From Octopus vulgaris (lineage: Eukaryota), in the NCBI GenBank assembly GCA_951406725.2, contig OX597817.1, forward strand, positions 23,064,001 to 23,128,000: a DNA stretch of 64,000 nucleotides. The letters run 5' to 3'. Numbering within the stretch: the stretch's first letter is position 1; every line of letters starts with the position of its first letter. The notes beneath the pieces were generated by a model that had not been told where the DNA came from, did not search any database, and saw nothing but the letters and a program-made list of their open reading frames with translations. Shown here piece by piece: positions 41,060-53,776 of this stretch. The position numbers and the translations under genes are program-made.

Positions 41060-41894
41060 GATGTTGCAAGCCTACAACAGGAGTTGGATGCAATTTACAG
41101 AAGGGCTGAGGACAATATTATGCAGTTTAATGGTGGAAAATTACAACCCCTGCTCGTCCAAATCTGAAGGATTGTTTTACTGACTACACTGTAACATAAA
41201 TCAGTGCGGGACTTGGGTATCGACATGAGTCATGATATCTCATTCCAAGGGCACATTACCAAGAGGTTGAGAAAGTGCAGACGGCTAGCTTTGATGGGTC
41301 CTGAGAATTGATGGATCCTGAGAACCCACAGAACCAGAGAGAAGGAAACCATGATGGTCCTCTGGAAGATTCGTCCCAGCCACCTTGACTAGAGTTCCAA
41401 ACTATAGTCACCCCGCTGTGTAAAATTAAGAGCTGACCTTGAAGCAATCCAGTGACGCTTCACAAAGAACATCGTATCACTGCAACAACTCATCTGTTGC
41501 GAAAGATTGAAGCGGATAAGAATCTACTCAGTGGAGAGAAGTCGGGAGAGATATTCAGTAATATACATCTGGAAGATCCCGGGAGGAATTGTGCTAAAAT
41601 TTGGCTTTGAAAGCTACACAAAAAACCAGAAAGAGTCGTCACTGCACATTGCTAAAGATTTGAACAACCCCGTCGCGCTTCAGGACAGGTTACTGCAACA
41701 GCCAGGGTTTCAAGGTCCCACAGCTACATAAAGTGGATGTAGGTGCTTTCAAAGGGAAACTGGATCTCTTCCTGTCGAGAGTCCCAGATGAAACTAACTC
41801 GCGGCAGGTAGTGCGGATGAGGGCAGCAACACTAAAACATATCAGAGGAGGTTCTCAATTATAACAGTGCCCCAGCCTCGCCACAGCTGTGAAC

Positions 41895-41900
<6 letters not shown>
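41060..41900 (+). mobile_element. CR1/L2-group LINE 3' remnant
   Basis: AEDNIMQFNGGK, VRDLGI, LEAIQ*RFTK, IYSVERSRERYSVIYIWKI, FKGKLDLFLSRVPDE; tail gtgccccagcctcgccacagc. Confidence 0.85.
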
Positions 41901-41953
<53 letters not shown>

Positions 41954-42729
41954 TGAAATATACAGCATATATATCTGTGGGTATGTGTGTGAGCGTCGTG
42001 TATGTATTCATATATGTGAAAAAATATAATTATATGCATATCACTTCATACATAGAAATATGAATACACACACACTTATATATGTATGTATGTTAAATAC
42101 ATACACGCCCACGCGTATTTTGGTAATATATATATCAATATAAATCAATGTATATTTATATACCTAATACAAGTCAAAGTAGCGATAAAACTTTTGTATA
42201 CATATACCTGGGTATAACTTAATTTTCTCACCTGAACAATTTGAGTTCGATGGTTGGCAAACACAGCAATGCAGTATATTCTCGTTTACTACATATACTC
42301 AAAAGATGTTTTAAAACGTGTTTAACACAGATTGGAAATGAAACGGAATAATAGGATTGCGAAAGGCTGTATTTAGAATGACAGTATTATAATTCCTAAT
42401 CATTTTGTTTCGCTTCGTTTCCATTTTGTAAAATCTACAAAGCGTATGTAATAAAAGACAATTTTAAATGCCGCATTTTAAAGAATAAGATATTAAGCTT
42501 ACGTCCGAGTAAATATTCAATTTGTTCTTTAAAAATTTATATTTTGATTCGTTTTTTTTTCTGTAGCTGTCGTTTGCGTTATTGTAGTTAAATTTAAATT
42601 TTAATATCGTGTGTTCGAATTTACTGAATATTATAGGATATAATTGTGTGCTTGCGTTTTGTATGGGTGTTTGTACATAAGTATGTGCATACTTACGCAA
42701 ATAAATATGTGTATGTATGTGTACGTGCG

Positions 42730-42802
<73 letters not shown>

Positions 42803-42803
<1 letters not shown>

Positions 42804-43023
42804 AACAACTGCAGCGTGGAAGGTGTTTATAAGCCATTTAAGAAACACACAAAAGCCGTTCGATTCACTCCAACATTTAAGTTTAATTTGTCAAAATATT
42901 TTCGTCGCTAAAATCCGCGACCTGTTCACTGACAAAGTCCGTGCAGCACCTTCCACGCTGCAATTGTTTTCGTTTCAGCACACGATCTCAGATCAAATTA
43001 CTTGCTATGCGAGTACATCTCCG

Positions 43024-43025
<2 letters not shown>
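42803..43025 (-). mobile_element. About 220-bp PLE-type element between (TA)n arrays, with a 23-bp inverted repeat
   Basis: 42803-42825 is the reverse complement of 42947-42969 (22/23); encloses a hammerhead motif. Confidence 0.7.
42887..42936 (-). ncRNA. Minimal type I hammerhead ribozyme motif, G3-C8 core variant
   Basis: 5'-tttgtca GTGAACA g gtcgc ggatttta gcgac GAAA atatt t tgacaaa-3'. Perfect 7-bp stem I, 5-bp stem II, palindromic AATATT stem III. Confidence 0.7.
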
Positions 43026-43100
<75 letters not shown>

Positions 43101-43279
43101 TGTATATAAATATATGCATATGTAAATATATGTCTGTGTTTGTATTTTCGTTATTTATGTCGAACAAATGAGGAAAGTGTGCTCAATATAAATAGAACAT
43201 AAAGAACTTTTGAAAACTTCTTACTATTCGAGTTTCACGCCGAGACGATCATCAGGCGATAGTGACATGACTCAGTTTG

Positions 43280-43342
<63 letters not shown>

Positions 43343-43549
43343 TTGTTTACCGTTGTCGATTTTTTTTCCTCTGTCTTACCTTCTCTGGATCTTTCCTTCT
43401 CCTATGTTTCCGACGAAACGTTAAACCCTCTTTCTTTCCTTCTCTCCTGAGCGTCCAATAATACTATACTTGTTCCACGTCCTCGCGTTGTTGTGTTTTT
43501 GTGCGTGTGTGTGTGGTTATTTGTCGTAAAATGTATGTACATTTTTGTA

Positions 43550-44180
43550 TGACGAGTGCTTTCCATCCAGGTCTTGTCTGAGGTAAGCAGCCCAGATTTT
43601 TGGCGGCTGTATAGGAGGTCATCAGGAAGAGAATGTCCCTTGAAGTGTTCACTGCCAACTCGTACAATGTTGCTCACTTCGCTTTTCAGTACTACATTAA
43701 TATATCTACTTTTGCTGCTGTTGTTTAGCTGGCGCTGCCTGAGTGATACCATACAGCATTCGAAGGCCGTCCGCATTGATCTCACGCCTCTACCACCTTC
43801 ACTTATTCTAAGGTAGAGCTTCTCAACATCACTGTCTGTGAAAGTTCCCAGTTGTTGTCAGGATTTTTCGGGTTTGATATCTATGGAGTGGATATCTTCT
43901 ACAGACCAATTAAATATCCAAAATGTTGGGATTAGCAGTGGTACTGCAAATGCATTACGTATAATGCTGTCTAAGTTCGTTCTTCTCCTCCTGTATACTC
44001 GAACCCTATCTTTCGGACCATATCCAGAGAACTGCATGCGGTGCATGAAGTTCTGTATATGTTTTTTTTTTCGTTTCATAGATTTTGCATAGAGGGCACA
44101 CATTGTTCATTTTCCTAAGTTTGCTATCAGTATGTTAATTTTCATGTTGAGTGACAAAGCTGAATTCTTGCGAACATATT
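43550..44180 (-). mobile_element. R4/Dong-clade LINE fragment (RT C-part/thumb)
   Basis: NAFAVPLLIPTFWIFNWSVEDIHSIDIK and DVEKLYLRISEGGRG. Confidence 0.8.
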
Positions 44181-44260
44181 TTGAACAATGTGTCCCCAGT
44201 ATGGTGGTGGTGTTAGTAGTAGTAGTAGTAGTGGTGGTTGTGGTGGTAGTAGTACAAGTT

Positions 44261-44307
<47 letters not shown>

Positions 44308-44317
44308 TGTAGTAGTG

Positions 44318-44363
<46 letters not shown>

Positions 44364-44380
44364 CAGTAGTAGTAGTAGTA

Positions 44381-44756
44381 AGGAAGGAAGCACTCCGTCG
44401 GTTAGGACGATGAGGGTTCCGGTTGATCCGAATCAACGGAACAGCCTGCTCGTGAAATTAACGTGTAAGTGGCTGAGCACTCCACAGACACGTGTACCCA
44501 TAACGTGTACCCATAACCCACAGAGAGTGACAAGGCCGGCCCTTTGAAATACAGGTACAACAGAAACAGGAAGTAAGAGTAAGAGAAAGTTGTGGTGAAA
44601 GAGTACAGCAGGGATCACCACCATCCCCTGCCGGAGCGTCGTGGAGCTTTAGGTGTTTTCGCTCAATAAACACTCACAACGCCTGGTCTGAGAATCGAAA
44701 CCGCGATCCTATGACCGCGAGTCCGCTGCCCTAACCTCTGGGCCATTGCGCCTCCA
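44381..44756 (-). mobile_element. SINE family C, tail type 2, inserted in (TAG)n
   Basis: About 44560-44756 matches 22187-22380; the remainder is unrelated. Internal 14-bp tandem duplication (acgtgtacccata repeated). Confidence 0.9.
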
Positions 44757-44859
44757 GTAGTAGTAGTAGTACTAGTAGTAATATGATGATGTTAATCATT
44801 GTCATCATCATAATTATCCTCATTTGATGAACACTCTCATCTTATTTTGTTGTGTATGA

Positions 44860-45700
44860 TGGAAAATGTCAGGTGTCCACACCCAACAGACTAAAGTGAC
44901 ACGTGTTTACTGGTCATGCTTAAAAAACCATGCAAAGAATTGTCGCACTTGCAAGCTATGCTGGTCTTTGTAGGTGTCTTATCTTTACATTGCACCAATA
45001 TTTTTGAGCCATGATGTTAGCTGAGGGCTTATACATCCAAATTAGCCTATCACTATGGGCTCACGTTTACTCTCTTCATTGACCACAACCTTCGTATTTC
45101 CTTCTTGAAATCTTTCGTAGTTATTCAATTTTTATTCTTTCTCTTTGATCCTGCTGTCACTGGGACATGAGATGTCAATTATCTTGTCAGTTCTTTCTAT
45201 TTTATTCACCACAACAATGCCCAGCCGCCGATGTCTGATCAAATGATCGCACTGAATAATTGCATCCCACAGGATCTTGCAATCTTTTTTCTCGGTGACT
45301 CCTTCTGCGGTTTATTCCTACTACATCTTTGCTATTTGTAGGCCGTGATTTCTACAGAGCTCCCAATGGATCATTCTTGCCTCCTTGTCATGTCATCTTT
45401 AGCAATCATGTTGTGCCATTTTTCGGGAATTCGCTAACAATGTGCTATACCATTTCTCGCGTCTCACCACACATTATACATTTGTCCTACGCGGTAGTGT
45501 TGTCGATTCTGCAAGCTGCAAAATTAGCACTTAACGCTTGGTCTTGTGCTGCACATATAAGTGTTCTGTCTCTATCTTCACGTCAATCCTCTTCCTACAT
45601 AGCCAACAGTCTTCTGTATTTTTCTTAGTGTTCGTATCTCATGCAAGCCGACCATACATCTTTTCGCCTTCCTTGCTATTTCTTTACGTTTCTAAGTCTT
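44860..45700 (-). mobile_element. R4/Dong-clade LINE C-terminal fragment, decayed
   Basis: AAQDQAL, CIMCGETREMV, RRHDKEARMIHWELC, KILWDAIIQCDHLIRHRRLGIVVV..IIDISCP. Confidence 0.85.
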
Positions 45701-45715
45701 TTTTCTATACACCAA

Positions 45716-45716
<1 letters not shown>

Positions 45717-45751
<35 letters not shown>

Positions 45752-46020
45752 TGTTCGACCGTGGTCGAGACAATGAAATTTCCCATGCTACACCAGACTT
45801 CACGGTCCATCATGGCATTACGGAGGTCCTGTTGCTGGATGCCTGTATCCCTGGAGATTACATCAGGGTAGGAGAGTGTGCGCCCTCTGGTATTGCGAGT
45901 AGATGGCTTCCAGAGGAGGAGAATAGAAATTACTTCTTTTTCAGCTCTACAACAATGTCCAGCAAACTGGACTCTCCTACCTTTCACAAGAGATGATACA
46001 GGTGGTAGTTTCCCATACAC
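45717..46020 (-). mobile_element. RTE-clade LINE 3' end with (TGA)n tail
   Basis: RRVQFAGHCCRAEKE..LLWKP..RGR..RDTG..AMMDREVW*; (tca)n on the plus strand. Confidence 0.88.
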
Positions 46021-46335
46021 CAACGCTTTTCATACTATGGGCCTCCACCCCATTTGGGGTCGCTAAGTAAACTACTGAGATCGCCAAAATTAAATTCAAA
46101 CACTTGAATTTCAGTTTCGTTTTTATTTCACAAACGCATAAAATTTACTATGATGCACAACGCAAGCGCTGCAGTAATAAAACGCGCGTGTTTCACAGTT
46201 GCGGCTAGTACAGCGACAACGTATTTTCAGTGTAGTTAGTTGACTGCGTTCCTCTTAATAAATGTATTAATAACAATACATGTTGCCTTATTTGATTGAG
46301 GTTGCTATTGATTTATATAATTTCATAATTATTTT

Positions 46336-46501
46336 AGGCGCAGGAGTGGCTGTGTGGTAAGTAGCTTGTTTACCAACCACATGGTTCCAGGTTCAGTCCC
46401 ACTGCGTGGCACCTTGAGCAAGTGTCTTCTACTATAGACTCGGGCCGACCAAAGCCTTGTGAGTGGATTTGGTAGACGGAAACTGAAAGAAGCCCGTCGT
46501 A

Positions 46502-46545
<44 letters not shown>

Positions 46546-46745
46546 TGTGGGCACGTATGTTTATGTGTCTGTGTTTGTCCCCCTAGCATTGCTTGACAAC
46601 CGATGCTGGTGTGTTTATGTCCCCGTCACTAAGCGGTTCGGCAAAAGACACCGATAGAATAAGTCCCGGGGTCGAGTTGGTCGATTAAAGGTGATGCTCC
46701 AGTGTGGCCGCAGTAAAATGACTGAAAGATAAAAGATAAAAGAGA
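46336..46745 (+). mobile_element. SINE family A, full length, internal (TA)/(TG) microsatellite
   Basis: tRNA-like A and B boxes; (aagata)n tail; high similarity to 46963-47365. Confidence 0.92.
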
Positions 46746-46962
46746 AAACGTTATTTTACTTATATTTCAAAATAAGAATATTTTTGTTCATGGATAAATG
46801 ACTGAACATGAGTAACAAAAATAATGATGCAGATGGCAATGCTACAAAGTCTGTTCATGCAGGACCTAGTAACCAGAGAGAGGCACCTAAGATACGAAAA
46901 GGAAAATGCGATGAATCATTTCTGCAATTTGGCTTTACTTTTAATGATAGCGATGGTATTAG

Positions 46963-47365
46963 TCTTTACTCTTTTACATGTTTCAGTCATTTGACTGCGG
47001 CCATGCTGGGGCACCGCCTTTAATCGAGCAACTCGAACCTGGGACTTATTCTTTTGTAAGCTTCGTACTTATTCTATCGGTCTCTTTTGCCGAACCGCTA
47101 AGTAACAGGGACATAAACACACCAGCATCGGTTGTCAAGCAATTCTAGGGGGACAAACACAGACACACACAAACACACACACATATATATATACATATAT
47201 ACGACGGGCTTCCTTCAGTTTCCGTCTACCAAATCCACTCACAATGCTTTGGTCGACCCGAGGCTATAGTAGAAGATAGTTGCCCAAGGTGACATGCAGT
47301 GGGACGGAACCCGGAACCATGTGGTTGGTAAACAAGCTACTTACCACACGGCCACTCCTGCGCCT
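46963..47365 (-). mobile_element. SINE family A, full length, interrupting the hAT BED-finger coding region
   Basis: Reverse complement of the 46336-46745 copy; the transposase reading resumes at about 47368. Confidence 0.92.
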
Positions 47366-49369
47366 ATGGAACAACCTCTTTGTTTTAATTTGCAATAACG
47401 CTTTGATAGTGGAAAGTATCAAGCCCTCAAAATTAAAAAGGCATCTTGAATTCAAATAACCCTCATATGCCAACAAACCAAAGATATATTTTGAATGACT
47501 GTTTATATCTTCAAATATAGAAAAACAAAAGTTTGAGAAATTTGTGATTTTAAACGAAAAATATTTATTAGCCTTATACGAAATTTCATATCTAATTGCT
47601 TATTGGGAAAAAACTTTTATTACCTTACCTGCTGCTATGAAGATGATAGAAATACTTCACGGAATTAATTATGGAGATAAAATTCGAAAAATTCCTTTGT
47701 CGAGCTACACTCTCATCAATAGAATTAATGAAATTACCTGCGGATAATTTGAGCAACTTATTATTATATTTAAAAACAACCTCAAATTTGCAGTTCAGTT
47801 AGACAAAAAACTGATATTTCAAAAATGGCTCAATTGTTAGTATACATCAGATATATTTGTAAAGAAAACGCTAATGAAGGATTGTTAGTTTGTCATCTTT
47901 TGGAAGAACGTACAAGAGAGAAAGATAGATATAGTAAAGTTGACGAACCTTTTAAAACTAGGTTTGGAATGGAAAAATTGTATTGGAGTATGCAAAGATG
48001 GTGCGAAAGCAATGATAGGCGAAAATATTTGTCTTAAATCGTTTGTTAAAGCAACAGGTAATAAGCATGTAACTTTTACACACTGCATGATCCATTGAGA
48101 GGCCCTTGCAACAAAATTGTTAGCACCGGAATTAAACAATGTGTTCCAGGATATTATCAAAATTATAAACTTTATTAAAAGCCTTACTCTTAACAGCCGT
48201 TTATTTTGAAATCTCTGTAAAGTCATTGACTCAGAATACAAAAACTTATCATTATACGCTGAAGTAAGGTGGCTGTTAATAGGGCGAAGTTTAAACAGAT
48301 TATTGTTGTCAAAAGACGGAATTAGTATATTTTTAACTGAACAAAAAACAGATCTTACTTCTCTGTTTCAAAATGACTTATAGCTTTCAAATTTATGCTA
48401 TTTGTCAGATATTTTTTTAGAAATTAAATGATCCCAACTTGTCTCTTCAAGAAAAGTGATATATTCAATTCGAATGACAAAATTGAAGGTTTTATAAAAA
48501 AAAGAACAACATTTGAAAGAACACGGTGAAAAATGATTCACTTCAAATGTTTCCTGTTATCGACGATTTTGTAACTGAAATGAATAATTAAAAAAAATTT
48601 AATTGCAACAATTATTATCGACCACATAACTACCATAGAAGCACATTGATGATATTAATCATCTGCCGTATAAAGCCCAAGAGGAATTCATTGAGCTATT
48701 GAGTGACTCAAACATGAATCTTGATTTTACAAAAAGGTCTTTGATTGAATTCTGTTTCGGAGCTGAAGCTGAATTTCCCACAATTTCTGAAATGACATAA
48801 CATGCTCTTTCTTTCAATTATCACCACATACTTATGTGAAACGACTTTTTTTAGTAACTTTAATCCTTATCAAAACCAAATATCTTTCAACGCTGAAAAT
48901 CGTAGAAAATGCTTTACATTCTGCAATGTCAAATATTAGACGAAGGTTTAATTTTTTATGCAGGAAAAAACAAGGACATCCGTCACATTGATTTTTACTT
49001 TGTTTTATTTAATTTTAATTTTTTTTTATGGTGGGTGTGTTATTTTTGTACTTGAATCATTTATTGTGGTTTAATTTTTGTACTTGAAACATATCCTAAA
49101 ACTACTTTTATTTTGACAAATAATATAAATACATTTCTATAGGTAAATTGTTGAACCAAAAACAAATGATTTATGTATTTGTATGTATGTTTTAATCCAT
49201 AATTAATACATGAGGTCGCAAAAAGTCTCGTGGTGAAAAATGGGATCTTGAATGAAAAAGGTTTAAGAAGCGCCGCTCTATGCAATTATCAATTTGAATA
49301 GCGACGGACTTCTTCATAACATTCAACAATGATTCTACGGTATTTCTTTTTTTTTAATAACAACCTAAT

Positions 49370-49494
49370 CTGATTTCCTCTGCTTCGAGACAATGCTCTC
49401 CCAGCCTTTAAAACAAACCCCACCCACCCATTTTTGGGGGTAAGTACAGCCTACCGGTGTCGCACTTAGAGTGGAAGACTCCGTGCTCTCTCAA

Positions 49495-49548
<54 letters not shown>

Positions 49549-49550
49549 CA

Positions 49551-49587
<37 letters not shown>

Positions 49588-49800
49588 GTTACATTTTTTT
49601 TCTTCTTTCAAATTTACTTCCATTTCTTGCCGAGTGTCTTCAAGAATCCTAGGGCAAAGAAACTCATAGTATACATTGGTAGGCCATTAAACCAAACTCA
49701 GTAGTTCGTTCATTTTCAAGTTAAATTAAAATACATGAGCAGCAACAGTTCTCACATCGACAATGCTCTTCTCAATACGTGTGATGTACCAGTTAAGACA
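49370..49800 (-). mobile_element. Two short R4/Dong fragments separated by (TAA)n (49370-49492 thumb; 49590-49800 extreme 3' end)
   Basis: HGVFHSKCDTGRLYLPPKMGGWGL. 49590-49800 is the near-identical reverse complement of 56927-57150. Confidence 0.88.
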
Positions 49801-49870
<70 letters not shown>

Positions 49871-49875
<5 letters not shown>

Positions 49876-50815
49876 TAGTTTTATTTTTATAGTGTGCTTT
49901 CACTTCAGTACCGAGCGCAGCTCTGTGGGCCTTCGGTATGTGCTGTTATTTGTTGTGATGCTCTGATGGTTATTGTATGGAAAGTGTTCTGCGTAGGATG
50001 TGTGCAGTGCCTAGTAGTGCAATTTTCTGTATGTTATATGTGTTTGTAAGTCCTGGTGTTTTTGTTATGTATTTGTCTGAATATTTTTTTTATCATGCCT
50101 AATGCACCTACTATGTCTGGAATTGTTTCTGTTTTTAGATTCCACATTCTGGTTACATCTATTTCCAGGTCTTTGTATTTTGAAAGTTTCTCCATTTCTT
50201 TTAGAGACACGTTGTCAACTGCTGGTATTGATACATCAATTAGAAAGCATTTTTTCTTCAAAATCACTGACAACTATATCTGGTCCGTTGGCCTTAATTT
50301 CTCTATCTGTGTGTATCGGCATATCCTAGAGTATGGTTGCTTTCTCGTTTTCTGCGACATTTTCTGGTGTGTGCCTATACCATCTTTTTTCTGTTGTTAT
50401 TCCATAATGTTGGCATAGCTTCCAGTGTATGTAGGTCCCAGCTCTGTGATGTCTGTGAATATATTTCTTCTTAGCCAGGACTGGGCAGCCAGTGATAATA
50501 TGATTTATTGTTTCTTGTCCATCTCCACATATTATGCAGTTACTTGTTATATTTCTTTCCATTACATGTTTTTGGTAATTTCTGGTGGGGAGGCTTTAGT
50601 CTTGGCTGCAATTAAAAATCCCTCTGTCTCTTTTTTGAGTCCTGAGCTTCTCAACCATTGCTGGGATTTTTCTTTGTCTATTTCTTTTGCATTTAGTTTA
50701 GTCCAGTTTTTAACACGAAGCGGCTTTTGTTGCCATCGTTTTATCATGGTTGTTTGCTGTTCTATTTTTAGTTTGGATTTCATTTGTTTTATAGCTTTTG
50801 TTGTTTCTTCTTCTT
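49871..50815 (-). mobile_element. R4/Dong-clade LINE, 5'-truncated, in a (TAA)n/(GAA)n array
   Basis: SQQWLRSSGLKKETEGFLIAA, CIICGDGQETINHIITGC, RHH, LIDVSIP..EKLSKYKDLEI..VGALG; frameshifted. Confidence 0.92.
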
Positions 50816-50856
50816 TTCTTCTTCTTCTTCTTCTTCTTCTTCTTCTTCTTCTTCTT

Positions 50857-50887
<31 letters not shown>

Positions 50888-50907
50888 TTCTTCTTCTTCT
50901 TCTTCTT

Positions 50908-50978
<71 letters not shown>

Positions 50979-51034
50979 GATCATTATTACTATCATTATT
51001 ATAATGTTGGTTAAGCAGTATTTTCCTAGATATT

Positions 51035-51282
51035 GCTAGAGAGTGGAGTTAAATCCCCCTCAAAAAACATCAATAACACTGAAAAATACAACAGAAATCA
51101 ACAGTAATCGGGCGAACGCGTAAAGAATTTAGACATACCATAATAGCTAAATGCCTATATAAGCATTTAGCTATGATGGTACATCAAAGTTCTTTACCCG
51201 TTCGCCCGACTACTGTTGTTATCTTATGTATTTTTCAGGGATATTTGTGGTCTATCTGGGGCATTTAACTCCACTGTCTAGC
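51035..51282. repeat. 248-bp imperfect palindrome with no spacer, centred on TATATA (51158/51159)
   Basis: gtggagttaaat/atttaactccac, tcgggcgaacg/cgttcgcccga and atagctaaatgc/gcatttagctat pairs. Confidence 0.92.
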
Positions 51283-51434
51283 TGGTGTGCCCTTATGATA
51301 AATATAAATTTGAATTCTATAGCTATCTAGCGCAATTTAACGCCTGCAACCACCTATATCATTGTCGTTGTTACCGTCAATTATTTATATTTACCGCAGG
51401 CAATAACAATAATAATATCTATATAATTGTTCGC

Positions 51435-51507
<73 letters not shown>

Positions 51508-51533
51508 ATATATATATATAAATATACGTATGT

Positions 51534-51606
<73 letters not shown>

Positions 51607-52287
51607 ATATACATATATTCATATATAGATAGATATGTTGTTGTTGCTGCTGCTGTGGTTGTTGTTCTAACCGTACTCTCTTATCAATAATATTTCAGAC
51701 ACGGTGATTAATGAAATCACTCGTATACGTCGCTTGATTTGGACAGGATTCCAATGACATTTAATGAGTTAGATCATTTCGTATTGATTCGCCAAATCGA
51801 TATTATGATAGTGATCATCAAACACAGATTATTGGAGTTTATCGACTTTATAAGTCATTACATTACAAGCAAAAATATACAAGGTCAATAAATGCCAGGA
51901 ATATATCACGGTTTTAATCTATCGGCCAATAATCTGTAGCTCTATAGATTGAGGAATATCGGGACTTGTCAGAAAGCAACTGTTTAAAGGTTTACGCTGT
52001 GGAGTTTTCGTTCTTGAGCCATTCATGGAAATTATTCTGGCAGACTTGCTCTAGGACTCGAATTAGAATGTTGATTTTCAACTGCAGAGTTTATTCTTTA
52101 TAATAATAAATCCTCAAAATGCTGTTTCGTAGAAACTATTTCACTATATTTCTACTTTTCAATTAACGGGACTAGAGTAAGAAGAACGGGATTAGAGTAA
52201 GAACTTTCAAGATTATATTAAGTAAAAACAGAATGCAAGAAAATCAGTCACATGCCGTGGATTTACTTTGTACATGATTGAAGGAGA

Positions 52288-52650
52288 TGAACTGGCAGAA
52301 TGATTAATACACAGGAGAAAATGCTTAGCCGTATATCTTCCGGCATTTCGTTCTGAGTTCAGGTTCTGTCGAGGTCAACTCTGTGTTTCATCTTTTAGGG
52401 GTTGATAAAACTTGCCTCAAGGCTCTTGTGCCTATACCTGAATGGATTATATAAACTTTAGAGCCCGATGCATCGAGAAAATGATTTGTTGTGTTTTTCT
52501 CAAGGATTTAGCTTTCAGATTTCAAAGCTAACCGAGGTTAATTTTGCTTTCCATACTTCCGAAGTTAATAAAGTGAATTAAAAGCTACATAGGATGTATA
52601 ATTAGGGCGTATAATAATGAACAAACACCTTCGTTTCCAAATCTCCGGCA
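52288..52650 (+). mobile_element. Two decayed SINE family B copies
   Basis: ctggcagaa..aatgcttagc..gttctgagttca..gaggtcaact..; a second, weaker copy follows. Confidence 0.7.
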
Positions 52651-53150
52651 TTTCCCCTAAATTAGAAACAATTGTATGTACACCATTGAAATAGTGGGGT
52701 CGACGGAAAATATAGATTGGAGGATACTATTCCTTTCATGTCTTCAAAACCCTAGAAGATACATGTTGTATTTGATCTCTCTGATGTCGCTAACACAACT
52801 ACTATTAACATACTGTTGTTGATTAAATGAGGTATATCCCTTTCTCTTTACTGTGTGTGGTAGATTTTCTGTGGTTGTATGAGTATTTGAGCTTGTGAGT
52901 TACACAATAAATGTATACATTATTAGCTATCCTTGGAAAAGGAGTAATGTGTGTCAGCAAATGCTGCTTACTGAAGTGTTAGAAACTTGATCATGGAAAA
53001 ATGATTTTTTAATAAAATATATATTATAACTCAAATAGTGTGTACTAACATTTATAACATGTAAAATGCAGATATTTTAAACGTAAGAAAAGCAAGTAAA
53101 TATATATACAGTAATTTTTAAATATATATAGCTTAACCGTACCCGAAAAC

Positions 53151-53221
<71 letters not shown>

Positions 53222-53499
53222 TGTGTGGTGGTGAATGCGTATATGTGTGTGTGTATAAATATATATATATATATCAGGTATACGTAGGTTTACACATGTA
53301 TTCAATCGTGTCGTATATATGAACACAGATTATATGGATGTATGTGTGTGTATGTATACATGCATTTATGTACCTAGAGAAATAACTTTCTTTAACGAAT
53401 TGCTGAGGCTTCGAAAAGACGGAGAAGTGTGGAAAATAGAGAGATATAAATTCAAATATAAGAAATGTGTATAAAAATATATATTTCTAAACGTGTGCA

Positions 53500-53555
<56 letters not shown>

Positions 53556-53662
53556 TATATATTTATTTATACATGGATATGCATATGTATATATATATAT
53601 ATATATATATGTTATATATATGCATATATATGCATATATGTGTATATACATATATATTTATG

Positions 53663-53713
<51 letters not shown>

Positions 53714-53733
53714 ATATATGTATATACATACAG

Positions 53734-53776
<43 letters not shown>

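Larger units (their letters stand above)
46021..49275 (+). mobile_element. hAT (Buster/Charlie, ZBED5/SCAND3-like) transposon, near full length, decayed, with two SINE insertions
   Basis: ESFLQFGF, BED finger (ICNNAL..KPSKLKRHL), FAVQLD, AQLLVYIRY, HCMIH, AEVRWL, TTYLCE, KQGHPSH*. Degenerate ends caacgcttttcatact and aggtttaagaagcgccg. Confidence 0.9.

Noticed and set aside
46013-49283. 8-bp hAT TSD
   Set aside because: ccatacac versus ctctatgc match only 4/8; not claimed.
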